Origin: Spirochaetota bacterium
GTDB lineage: Bacteria > Spirochaetota > B62-G9 > DRHN01
NCBI GenBank assembly: GCA_020342115.1
Contig: CP070841.1
Location: forward strand, 3,421,531 to 3,485,530
Length of the DNA: 64,000 nt
Reading direction: 5' to 3'
Below the pieces are notes generated by a model. The model worked only from the letters and a program-made list of their open reading frames with translations. It was not told the DNA's origin and made no database searches. Positions 55,960 through 64,000 of this stretch are shown piece after piece (the first letter of the stretch is position 1; the number at the start of each line of letters is the position of its first letter). A program made the translations under genes and the position numbers.

Positions 55960-56643
55960 ATGGCCAAAAAACCGAAGCGTCCGAAGAGTAAGCTTAGAGA
56001 AAATATAGAGGCAATCGTATTTGCGCTTGCCATAGCGCTTTTTATAAAAGCCTTTATAGTAGATGTATACAAGATTCCCACAGGCAGCATGATACCGACT
56101 ATCGAGGTTGGCGATTTCATAGTTGCAACGAAGTTCATTTATGGAGCAAAAGTCCCATTTACCAACAAGAGGCTCCCGGCTGTTCGGGACCCGAAGCGAG
56201 GTGATATCGTCATCTTCCTCGCTCCATACTATGATCCTCCCAATATCGTGATCCAGCTGTTTACCCCTGTTGTGTATACACTCACACTCGGTTTTGTGAA
56301 TATCGACCCGCAGCCAAAATTCTATGTGAAGCGCTGTATCGGAATTCCAGGCGATGAGGTTGAGGTCATCAACAAGGAAGTATACGTAAATAAAAAACTC
56401 ATGAAAGGGTGGTGGCCCGAATACCACTCGGATCCTGAAATCATACCTCCCGGGGACAGCCTCATGAATAACCGCGATTTCTACGGCCCGGTAGTTGTGC
56501 CCGAGGACCAATACTTTATGATGGGTGACAACCGCGATAGCTCGAATGACAGCCGTTTCTGGGGCTTTGTTGATAGAAGCGAGATATTCGGAAAATCCCT
56601 CTTCAGATATTGGCCTCCAGCCAGAATGGGTGTTGTTAAATGA
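55960..56643 (+). CDS. lepB: Signal peptidase I
   Basis: GSMIPT (Ser), KRCIG (Lys), GDNRDSSNDSRFWGFV. Confidence 0.9.
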   Translation: MAKKPKRPKSKLRENIEAIVFALAIALFIKAFIVDVYKIPTGSMIPTIEVGDFIVATKFIYGAKVPFTNKRLPAVRDPKRGDIVIFLAPYYDPPNIVIQLFTPVVYTLTLGFVNIDPQPKFYVKRCIGIPGDEVEVINKEVYVNKKLMKGWWPEYHSDPEIIPPGDSLMNNRDFYGPVVVPEDQYFMMGDNRDSSNDSRFWGFVDRSEIFGKSLFRYWPPARMGVVK

Positions 56644-56668
56644 AATTTTTAAGGTGTAGTTAAATTTG

Positions 56669-56786
56669 GCAAATACTAGCGATCCGGGCAGTTTGTCCCT
56701 CTGGGACAAACTGCTAAGCAATATTCCCTACTTCAGTAGGTAATATTGCAGTGCCACTATTTGGCTAACGCAACGCTAGTATTTGC
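56669..56786. repeat. Composite palindromic element (13-bp outer stem enclosing two hairpins)
   Basis: Outer stem GCAAATACTAGCG (56669-81) / CGCTAGTATTTGC (56774-86). Inner GCAGTTTGTCCC/GGGACAAACTGC (56688-56714) and GCAATATTCCCTAC/GTAGGTAATATTGC (56718-56749). Confidence 0.8.
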
Positions 56787-56848
56787 TTGGGTAATTTCTT
56801 CTATAGAACAAAAAGCAATTAACCTTATTATATAATTGAATCAAGGCT

Positions 56849-58636
56849 TTGTATATGGATGAGGAGATACTGAAAAAGGCAAGGCTCTGGACTACGGATC
56901 AGTTTGACCGGGAGACAGCGCAGGAGATCAGTACCCTTATAGAAAATAAAGATGAGAAGGAGCTTGTCGACCGTTTTTATAAAGACCTCGAGTTTGGTAC
57001 CGGCGGTATGCGCGGGATCATGGCAGCAGGCACCAACCGGATGAATGTGTATACTGTGGGAAGGGCAACCCAGGGGCTTTGCAACTACCTGCTGGATCAC
57101 TATCCAGATGCTGCAGAGAGGGGCATCTGCATAGCCCACGATTCAAGGATCAACTCACGGAAGTTCACCGAAGAGGCAGCGCGTGTAATCGCTGCTAATG
57201 GAATAAAGGTGTTTATATTCAAGGAGCTTCGGCCGACTCCACTTTTATCGTTCACAGTGCGTCACCTCGGGTGCATTTCAGGTATTGTGCTGACTGCGAG
57301 CCACAATCCCAAAGAGTACAATGGCTATAAAGTCTACTCCCCATACGGGCACCAGGTTGTTCCTCCTGAGGATTCAAGGATTGTGGAAAGCGTGAACCGT
57401 GTGGATATAGCGAAGGACGTAAAGCGGATCGAGTTTTCACGAGGACTCGAAGATGGAATCATCAACGAGATCGACGGGGAAGTGGAAAATGCGTACCTAG
57501 CGCTTGTTAAAGATTTCTCAGCAAGGGTTAAAAAAGGCATTGAAGAGGAACTTGGAGGGATTGGCGAAGTTGTCACCGTGGTGTACACACCGCTTCACGG
57601 TACAGGTATTACTCTCGTGCCGAAAGCGCTCGAAGAGATAGGCGGCGTGAAGCTTTTAACCGAACCTGAGCAGAGCAAACCCGACGGTAATTTTCCTACA
57701 ACAGTTTCACCAAATCCCGAGGAGCACGAAGCGCTCGAGCGGGCGATTGAATATGCAAAGAAAGAAGGGGCGGATCTTGTAATGGCTACTGATCCTGACT
57801 GCGACAGGCTGGGGTGCGCAGTGTCTGATGGAAAGGGCGGCTATACCCTCATTACCGGAAACCAGCTCGGAGCTCTTTTTACCCATATGATCCTCTCCTC
57901 GTACAACAGGTCAGGGCTCATGCCGAAGGATCCGGTTATAATATCGACCATAGTTTCAACAGACCTTGTAAAGCTGATAGTGAAGGATTTAGGGGCAAGG
58001 GAAATCGATGTGCTCACAGGATTCAAATACTTCGGCGAGAAGATGCAGGAGTTCGATGAGCAGGGAACCGGGGATTTCATATACGGATTTGAGGAAAGCT
58101 ACGGGTATCTTGCAGACAGCTTTGTTCGCGACAAGGATGGGGTGATCGCAGCTGTGCTTTCGCTTCTACTCATACGGTATGCAAAGGGACGTTTTGGCGG
58201 TGTACTGCAGTATCTGCACTCCCTGTACGAGAAATACGGGATGTACGCCGATTTCCAGCGCTCCTTCTTCTTGAAGGGGATCGAGGGTGCTGGAAGGATA
58301 CAGCGTATCATGGCCGACCTCAGGGCCGATCCGCCGCTCGAGCTCGGGGGCGGAAAGGTGACGCAGATAAAAGACTACCAGCTTCAGGTCACAAAGGATC
58401 TTGTGAGCGGTAAAACTGGTACTATTACAGGTATGACTGAGTCGAATGTTATTCAGCTTTTTATAGGCACAGATGTCAAGATATCCATCAGGCCTTCAGG
58501 AACCGAACCCAAGATAAAGTTCTACTTCGGGCTCAATACATCGCTGGGAAAGAGTGAGGAAGAGACTAACGACATGCTCGAGGCACGGTATAAAAAGGTT
58601 TCAGAAGAACTTTTTAATAAGTGCGGGTTAGTATAG
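56849..58636 (+). CDS. Phosphoglucomutase/phosphomannomutase family protein
   Basis: 595 aa with active-site TASHNPKEYNGYK. Confidence 0.85.
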   Translation: MYMDEEILKKARLWTTDQFDRETAQEISTLIENKDEKELVDRFYKDLEFGTGGMRGIMAAGTNRMNVYTVGRATQGLCNYLLDHYPDAAERGICIAHDSRINSRKFTEEAARVIAANGIKVFIFKELRPTPLLSFTVRHLGCISGIVLTASHNPKEYNGYKVYSPYGHQVVPPEDSRIVESVNRVDIAKDVKRIEFSRGLEDGIINEIDGEVENAYLALVKDFSARVKKGIEEELGGIGEVVTVVYTPLHGTGITLVPKALEEIGGVKLLTEPEQSKPDGNFPTTVSPNPEEHEALERAIEYAKKEGADLVMATDPDCDRLGCAVSDGKGGYTLITGNQLGALFTHMILSSYNRSGLMPKDPVIISTIVSTDLVKLIVKDLGAREIDVLTGFKYFGEKMQEFDEQGTGDFIYGFEESYGYLADSFVRDKDGVIAAVLSLLLIRYAKGRFGGVLQYLHSLYEKYGMYADFQRSFFLKGIEGAGRIQRIMADLRADPPLELGGGKVTQIKDYQLQVTKDLVSGKTGTITGMTESNVIQLFIGTDVKISIRPSGTEPKIKFYFGLNTSLGKSEEETNDMLEARYKKVSEELFNKCGLV

Positions 58637-58660
58637 TTATTTTCATCAGATAATAGCAAT

Positions 58661-58832
58661 CTGTTAAGCAATATTCCCTACTTCAGCAGGGAATATTGCA
58701 GTGCTCTGTAATGATAACTACTGGCGTAGTTATCATTCCTTGCAGTTTGTCCCGTAAGGACAAACTGCATGATTTTAATTTCTAAAGCAAAAGCTGGTTA
58801 TCCGGGAATTTTGTCCCTGTGGGACAATCTGC
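58661..58832. repeat. Cluster of four hairpins, three belonging to the same families as 56669-56786
   Basis: 58668-58699 (GCAATATTCCCTAC family), 58710-58737 (AATGATAACTAC/GTAGTTATCATT), 58742-58768 (GCAGTTTGTCCC family), 58806-58832 (a degenerate copy preceded by the same ATCCGGG). Confidence 0.8.
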
Positions 58833-58859
58833 TATATAATTTTTATTATATCGCTTTTT

Positions 58860-59867
58860 TTAGTTTGATTTACCAATTTTAAAGTCAATAACCTCCCTTA
58901 TTCCCTTTGACATTTCAGAGAATATTTCGTCTTCCCTGACTGTTTTATAGGGCTTGCCCAGCTTGAAGATTGTTACTGTGCGGTTTTTCCCTCCTGCAAC
59001 ACCGATATCTGCATCACTGGCTTCACCGGGCCCGTTCACATTGCATCCCATGACAGCAACAGCAATCCCTCCGCATTCCTCGAGCTTCTGTTTTTCGGCT
59101 CCATAGCTCTCCACTATTTTGTCGAGCTCTGTTTTGATTCTTCGAGTCATTGGCTCTATATCCCACTGGCAGCGTCCGCATCCGGGGCATGATATGATCC
59201 TGTGAGTTCTGTCGTATAACTTGAGATTTGCAAGGATGCTCCTTCCAACCTCAAGCGCTTCCTTTTCCTGTTCCAACTCTTGGGGCTTAATGAGGAGTAC
59301 GGAGCCTATTTGTCTATAGAAGAGAGAGCTTATAGAGAGGGCATTTCGCACAATGTTTTCCACAGGGTCGGTGCTGTCAGGCATTGGAACAAGAGAAATC
59401 ACGTGGTTCAGATTAAGCTTTTTTTTCAAATGCTGATTACTTTTGAAGTGAACAACAGGGTCAGGATGAAAAAGGTCGATAGCCAGATTCCTGACGCCGG
59501 TTTTTTTTATCTCAACAACAGCGGATTTGACCCTGTTCAGTGAAGTCAGGATATTATCATCGGTCCTGGTTTTCATGAACTCCTCTTCAATGAGATAGAT
59601 AGTGGTATAAGTCTGTATTAAAAGATGCGTGAGCCTTAAAAGATCATCTTTAAAACCTAAAGGTACTGCAATCCCATTTCGTGCATTACCAAGGCACTCT
59701 TCGATGAGTGAAGGATCTTTAATCACAGGAATAACTGCCGGTTCGGGCCTGTTGTTTTTCAGGCTTTCGAGCTCTTTGGCAGTTCGTACCTCGAGCCATA
59801 ACGCTTCCACTTCACTACACGGAGTTTCGTATGAGCGGTACAGGTGTATGGGGACACGGTTTTTCAT
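58860..59867 (-). CDS. IspG/GcpE-like protein with canonical C-terminal 4Fe-4S domain but a strongly divergent N-terminal domain
   Basis: The C-terminus (CPGCGRC ... GCNVNGPGE ... GVAGG) matches IspG cluster ligands. The N-terminal 220 aa lack the SMTNT, RINPGN, GVNAGS and HLGxTEAG motifs I recall. Confidence 0.55.
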   Translation of the reverse strand: MKNRVPIHLYRSYETPCSEVEALWLEVRTAKELESLKNNRPEPAVIPVIKDPSLIEECLGNARNGIAVPLGFKDDLLRLTHLLIQTYTTIYLIEEEFMKTRTDDNILTSLNRVKSAVVEIKKTGVRNLAIDLFHPDPVVHFKSNQHLKKKLNLNHVISLVPMPDSTDPVENIVRNALSISSLFYRQIGSVLLIKPQELEQEKEALEVGRSILANLKLYDRTHRIISCPGCGRCQWDIEPMTRRIKTELDKIVESYGAEKQKLEECGGIAVAVMGCNVNGPGEASDADIGVAGGKNRTVTIFKLGKPYKTVREDEIFSEMSKGIREVIDFKIGKSN

Positions 59868-59962
59868 CTCTGCTTCCTATTTCAAAATAGCAGCAGGAGC
59901 CTGCCATTGCAACAGAATATTTTTGGTTTGCTTTTGGTATTCATCCCCTGTACTATAAATGC

Positions 59963-60814
59963 ATGAAGAAGATGCTCACCTTCAGCTCCGATTTTGGGTA
60001 CAAAGACACCTATGTTGCCGAGGTGAAGGGGGTTATCGAGGCTTGCTGTAAAGATGTACATATCATCGATCTCACACACGGGATCGAGCAGGGCAATCTC
60101 GCTGCTGCATCCTTTGTGCTTCTCAGTGCTTCAAAGTATTTTCCAAAGGGCACGGTACATCTTGCTGTTATAGATCCCGGTGTCGGCACCACGAGGAAAA
60201 TAATTGTGGTAAACACAGGGCAGTATACCTTTATCGGTCCTGACAACGGTATCCTCTACGAACCAGCAGACTCGGATGGTATAAAGAATATATGGGAAGT
60301 CGATATAGAGAGGTTTCTAAAAAAAATGCCGGAGGCGTTTCCAAAAAGCGATGTCATAAAAAAAATTCTCAAACAGGGAGTAAGCTCAACCTTCCACGGG
60401 AGAGATCTGTTCGCCCCGCTTTCCGGATATGTACTGAACGGGTTTTCCATGGGAGATATTGCCAATACGGCTCGATCCATGGTGAAGATCGAAATATCAA
60501 AGCCGGCTGTAAGCGGTGATAAGATCTTCGGGAAGGTGATCTATATAGACAGGTTTGGAAACCTCATTACAAATATCCCGAACGAGATTGTCCGGCATGA
60601 CGGCGAGGTATTTCTTAAAACAGGACGGAAGATGATAAGCATCGGGGTACTGAACAGCGGAGCGATGTCGGGTACCTATGCGAATGTGTCCAGGGGAAAG
60701 CCAGTCCCTTTGACAGGTTCCAGGGGGTATGTGGAGATTGCGGTAAACTGCGGAAGTGCAGCCGAGTATTTCGGAGCTGTGTATGATGATGAGATTCTGG
60801 TACTTAAAAGGTGA
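59963..60814 (+). CDS. SAM hydroxide adenosyltransferase / DUF62 (SAM hydrolase) family protein
   Basis: SDFGYKDTYVAEVKGVI and AVIDPGVGTTR motifs. 283 aa. Confidence 0.75.
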   Translation: MKKMLTFSSDFGYKDTYVAEVKGVIEACCKDVHIIDLTHGIEQGNLAAASFVLLSASKYFPKGTVHLAVIDPGVGTTRKIIVVNTGQYTFIGPDNGILYEPADSDGIKNIWEVDIERFLKKMPEAFPKSDVIKKILKQGVSSTFHGRDLFAPLSGYVLNGFSMGDIANTARSMVKIEISKPAVSGDKIFGKVIYIDRFGNLITNIPNEIVRHDGEVFLKTGRKMISIGVLNSGAMSGTYANVSRGKPVPLTGSRGYVEIAVNCGSAAEYFGAVYDDEILVLKR

Positions 60815-60820
60815 TGGTCA

Positions 60821-62086
60821 ATGGTAGATATAAAATTGTTGCGAGAGGATCCTGAGCTCTTTAAGAGGGGTGCAGAGAAGAAGGGATTTGATGTGAATGT
60901 TGCTCAGGTACTGAACGCAGATAAAGAGCGAAGGAATCTGCAGGCATCGATCGACAGGAGGCGAAGGGAGCTTGGTCTGAAATCCAATCTCATGAAGAAG
61001 GCCGAAGGGAAACAGAGGGAGAAGCTCCAGGAGGAGCTTCGGGATTTTTCGAAAGCCATAAAGATCGACGAGCTCAAGCTCCGTCAGAAAGAGGAGGAGT
61101 TCGAGCAGGCGCTTCTTTTCGTCCCCAATCCTCCTCTGGATGACGTTCCGGTAGGTAAAGATGAAGCAGACAATGTGGAGATCTCGAAATGGGGCGAGCC
61201 GCCGAAATTCTCGTTCGAGTCAAAGGACCACGTCGAGCTCGGGTTGATGCACGGCATCATGGATATAGAGCGAGGGGTAAAGGTTTCAGGCACCAGAAGC
61301 TACTATCTCAAAGCAGAGGGTGCGCTTCTCGAGAATGCCCTGATGCGCTATGCACTGGATATGCTGGTAACAAAGGGATACACTCCCTTTGTTACCCCGG
61401 TTCTGGTGAAAGAGGAGTGCATGGTGGGCTCTGGCTTTTTCCCCACAGGGAGAGAGGATTCATACTGGATGGAGAAGGATGAGCTTTTTCTCATCGGGAC
61501 CTCTGAGGTGACCCTGGTGAGCTACCACATGGATGAGATACTCGAAGAGGATGCCCTTCCAGTAAAATATGCTGCATACACCACCTGCTTCAGGAGAGAA
61601 GCCGGTTCTTACGGGAAGGATGTGAGGGGTCTGTTTCGTGTTCACCAGTTCCAGAAGATAGAGCAGGTTGTTATTTGCCGTGACGATCCTGATGTGATGC
61701 AGCAGTTTCACTCCGAGCTCATGAAAAATGCAGAGGATATCGTACAGAGCCTTGGAATCGCCTACCGGGTTGTCGAGGTGTGCACAGGTGAGATGGGAAT
61801 GGGTCAGGTAAAGAAACACGATATAGAGTGCTGGATGCCTGGAAGGGGAGGGTATGGAGAGACGCACTCATGCTCTTCTTTTGCTGATTTTCAGGCGCGC
61901 AGGTCAAGAATCAGGTACAGGGCAAAGGATGGGAATAACCGCTTTCCCTATACCCTCAATAATACTGCTGCTGCGTCACCGCGCCTTCTGGTTGCAATTA
62001 TTGAAAACTTTCAGAATGAGGACGGCAGCATAACCATACCGGATGTTCTCGTTCCATACATGAACGGGAAGAAAAAAATCGGGTAG
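60821..62086 (+). CDS. serS: Seryl-tRNA synthetase
   Basis: N-terminal coiled-coil arm and class II motifs (CFRREAGS, GETHSCSS...). 421 aa. Confidence 0.9.
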   Translation: MVDIKLLREDPELFKRGAEKKGFDVNVAQVLNADKERRNLQASIDRRRRELGLKSNLMKKAEGKQREKLQEELRDFSKAIKIDELKLRQKEEEFEQALLFVPNPPLDDVPVGKDEADNVEISKWGEPPKFSFESKDHVELGLMHGIMDIERGVKVSGTRSYYLKAEGALLENALMRYALDMLVTKGYTPFVTPVLVKEECMVGSGFFPTGREDSYWMEKDELFLIGTSEVTLVSYHMDEILEEDALPVKYAAYTTCFRREAGSYGKDVRGLFRVHQFQKIEQVVICRDDPDVMQQFHSELMKNAEDIVQSLGIAYRVVEVCTGEMGMGQVKKHDIECWMPGRGGYGETHSCSSFADFQARRSRIRYRAKDGNNRFPYTLNNTAAASPRLLVAIIENFQNEDGSITIPDVLVPYMNGKKKIG

Positions 62087-62143
62087 CAGTTTATTGCAGA
62101 CCCTTTCCTCTTTTATCTCTTTTCTTTCTACGTAATGTTGGGA

Positions 62144-62377
62144 TTATTCTTCATCTTCTACAGAATAGTCGTTTTGATCTATTTCCTTACCCTCGGGTTC
62201 GCGGTATCTTTGCTCCCGTCCCTTCCACATGTTTCGAAAGAGCGAGCCTCCAACAGTAAAAATGGGGATAAAAAGAAAGAAGAAGATGATCCGGAACCTG
62301 ATATAGAGCCATAGAGAGAGCAATCCGCCTGTAACGAGCGCGAGGATTGTGATGAAAAGCCCTCTTTTTTCAATCAT
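62144..62377 (-). CDS. Small two-TM membrane protein
   Basis: 77 aa with two hydrophobic helices and an acidic tail. The start overlaps the stop region of the upstream gene. Confidence 0.45.
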   Translation of the reverse strand: MIEKRGLFITILALVTGGLLSLWLYIRFRIIFFFLFIPIFTVGGSLFRNMWKGREQRYREPEGKEIDQNDYSVEDEE

Positions 62378-64000
62378 CGATGATCGTTATCTCCGTACGC
62401 CTGTTTTTCCGCCTTCCCTCTTCTGTGGCGTTGTCCGCGATGGGCATCGTGTCACCGTATCCTGCTGTTTTTATACGCTTTGAGAGTATGCCGTTTCGTA
62501 TGAGCCAGCTTGCCGCAGCTTCGGCTCTGAGGAGTGACAGCTCCTGGTTGACCTCTTTCGATCCCGTTGAATCCGTGTGCCCGCCAATTTCTATTTTTAT
62601 ATGGGGATTTTCCTGCATCATCTGAAAGAGGCGATTCAAGGCTGCGAGCGAGTTGGGCTCGAGGTTTGCGCTTCCTGTCTTGAAGTGGATGCTCTCAACC
62701 ACGAGCTTTTCTCCCGCTTTTGCCTTCGGGAGAGTAAGCTCGAGCGGCTCTGCAGAGAGGTCGTCGATCGCCTCTTCGGATGCGAGAGTTATGGTCTGAA
62801 ACGTGTAGCCTGGAGAGGAGAAGACGAGATCTGTTTTTCCCTCCTTCGGCACCTCAATCTCGAAACCTCCATCGCGGACATCTTCCTCCTTCTGAATAAT
62901 CTCTCCGCTGTCCAGTTTCGTGAGCGATTCGACCTTTCCCTTGAGTGGCATACCTGAATCTCTGTCCTTGAGCTCTCCCTTGATTGTTTTTGTCTCAAGC
63001 TCAGGAGCGAAAGGCTTTTCAGGTTTGACGCTCGCGATAAGACTCCCTTCCCCTAGCGCGTAGAGCGTGCTGGATGTCGGAAGAAAAATAACGCCTTTGC
63101 TGATAGTGAGCGTAGCAGGCTCACCCTCATCGATGTATATCTTCTGCTTTACATCTCCGGTGTTTGAGTCTATGATTCCCAATCCGCCCTTTTCCCCTTT
63201 CAGCGGGACGAAGAGATAGGACCCCACTATTGCAAACTGTGTCCCAAAAGGGGCGCTGAATAGCAGCTCGTAATGCCCGTTTGAAGGATCGATCTTCAGT
63301 ATCCTCCCGTCCATAAGCGAGAGGAATATCCTGCCGTTTGAAAACACTGTGCTCGAAGATACCCGTTGTCCAAGAATGCTTTCGAACAGGGGCTCTCCTG
63401 TCTCTGCGTCGAATACGGAAAGCTTTTCTCCAAGCGCGAGATAGATTTTTTCATCGTACACTACAGGTGAGAAGATGTTAGGAACGTTCTCTATATCTGA
63501 GGACCAGACCACAGAGCCGTCGTTCTCGTTGAGTGCGATCAGTCGTGCGACTTCTTTCTGGAACTCTTTTGAAACCGTATAAACCATTCCGTTCCAGTAT
63601 GACGGGAATCCGCCGTAGGTGTAGATCTTGAAATTTTCCCATACAAGGTGCCCGTTTCTGAGCTCACGTGCGTAAAACCCTTTGCGGTTGCCGTAGAAGA
63701 GGCGTCCTTTGGAGATCGTAGGCGTTCCGTAGAAACCGAACTGGGGATCACGCCTTCCCCAGATCACCTCCCCGCTCTTTTCATCCAGGCAGTAAAGGTA
63801 ACGCCCTGCAGGAAGGTATACCCTTCCCTTGTATACGCAGACCATTCTCGTCAGGGGGCCCTCGGCTTTGAATTTCCAGATGAACTCCCCGTTCGAGGCA
63901 TCCAGGCAGTAGAGATAGCTGTCCATCGACACCACGAAGACCCGCCCGTTCACGGATACCGGATTGAAGAGCTTTGCTGGAGCAGCAAAGGACCATATGA
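62370..64000 (-). CDS. PQQ-like beta-propeller / OmpA-domain envelope protein (5' end outside the window)
   Basis: Repeated G.(V/I)Y....(G)..L.ALD.. propeller blades and a C-terminal OmpA_C (GHTDSTGSKEVNQELSLLRA...NRRTEI). The frame stays open to position 64000. Confidence 0.7.
   Translation of the reverse strand, partial: IWSFAAPAKLFNPVSVNGRVFVVSMDSYLYCLDASNGEFIWKFKAEGPLTRMVCVYKGRVYLPAGRYLYCLDEKSGEVIWGRRDPQFGFYGTPTISKGRLFYGNRKGFYARELRNGHLVWENFKIYTYGGFPSYWNGMVYTVSKEFQKEVARLIALNENDGSVVWSSDIENVPNIFSPVVYDEKIYLALGEKLSVFDAETGEPLFESILGQRVSSSTVFSNGRIFLSLMDGRILKIDPSNGHYELLFSAPFGTQFAIVGSYLFVPLKGEKGGLGIIDSNTGDVKQKIYIDEGEPATLTISKGVIFLPTSSTLYALGEGSLIASVKPEKPFAPELETKTIKGELKDRDSGMPLKGKVESLTKLDSGEIIQKEEDVRDGGFEIEVPKEGKTDLVFSSPGYTFQTITLASEEAIDDLSAEPLELTLPKAKAGEKLVVESIHFKTGSANLEPNSLAALNRLFQMMQENPHIKIEIGGHTDSTGSKEVNQELSLLRAEAAASWLIRNGILSKRIKTAGYGDTMPIADNATEEGRRKNRRTEITIIDD

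Noticed and set aside
55918-56721. 267-aa ORF antisense to lepB. Also similar long antisense ORFs at 34103-34855 (opposite the livK-like gene), 41105-42096 (opposite adh), 31465-31935 and 32398-32781 (opposite the OmpA-domain gene), and 51574-52425 (opposite copA).
   Set aside because: Each lies entirely inside a confidently identified gene on the other strand and has odd composition (Ser/Pro/Cys/Arg-rich, no motifs). These are typical shadow ORFs.
1-64000. CRISPR arrays, rRNA genes, IS elements, prophage genes, toxin-antitoxin pairs and known multi-gene defence systems.
   Set aside because: I saw no regularly spaced direct repeats, no rRNA-like sequence, and no transposase, integrase, capsid, terminase or recognisable defence-gene signatures in any ORF. 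The only methyltransferase has no nuclease partner.

Overview
This is a 64-kb chromosomal window from a diderm bacterium that looks anaerobic. The anaerobe call rests on a tungsten-type aldehyde:ferredoxin oxidoreductase, a flavodiiron protein, a corrinoid protein and an archaeal-type ApgM. The diderm call rests on OmpA, FecR and PQQ-propeller envelope proteins. No tools were run. Every call comes from reading the supplied ORF translations for family motifs and reading the DNA by eye for repeats and palindromes, so family names are recalled motif matches, not search results.

Left part (1-32.8 kb), mostly housekeeping:
- tRNA-Ser/Arg/Ser, then parAB with two parS palindromes inside parB.
- A trio of glycosyltransferase, DUF268-like methyltransferase and orphan D12 DNA adenine methyltransferase.
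- tmk-yaaR-yaaT, a bactofilin plus M23 peptidase pair, tatD, and acnA next to a prpD deletion remnant.
- A redox/O2 cluster: Rieske-FAD reductase, small ferredoxin, DOMON-cytochrome b561 protein and flavodiiron protein.
- TPR, macro-domain and pseudo-receiver genes, apgM, ftsY, a PEGA protein, prfB with its +1 frameshift, folC, tRNA-Ala, and a FecR-FlgD_Ig-OmpA protein.

Centre (32.9-50.0 kb), the most interesting part: a 15-gene block bracketed by two about 85-nt direct repeats.
- Four near-identical promoter/operator cassettes drive four operons.
- The operons are a Liv-type ABC importer (its livG carries an in-frame TAG), adh-aor-moaD (with a C_GCAxxG_C_C gene downstream), an FAD oxidase / FeS-CCG / FAD oxidase trio, and a corrinoid protein plus UroD-family methyltransferase pair.
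- A single TetR gene sits inside the block.
- I interpret this as a self-contained repressor-controlled catabolic regulon of undescribed composition.

Right part (50-64 kb): copA with a CsoR-like operator, a DjlA-like / PilZ-like operon, lepB, a phosphohexomutase flanked by families of REP-like hairpins, a divergent IspG-like gene, a DUF62 SAM hydrolase, serS, and a PQQ-propeller/OmpA protein that runs off the window.

I saw no CRISPR array, rRNA, transposase or integrase.
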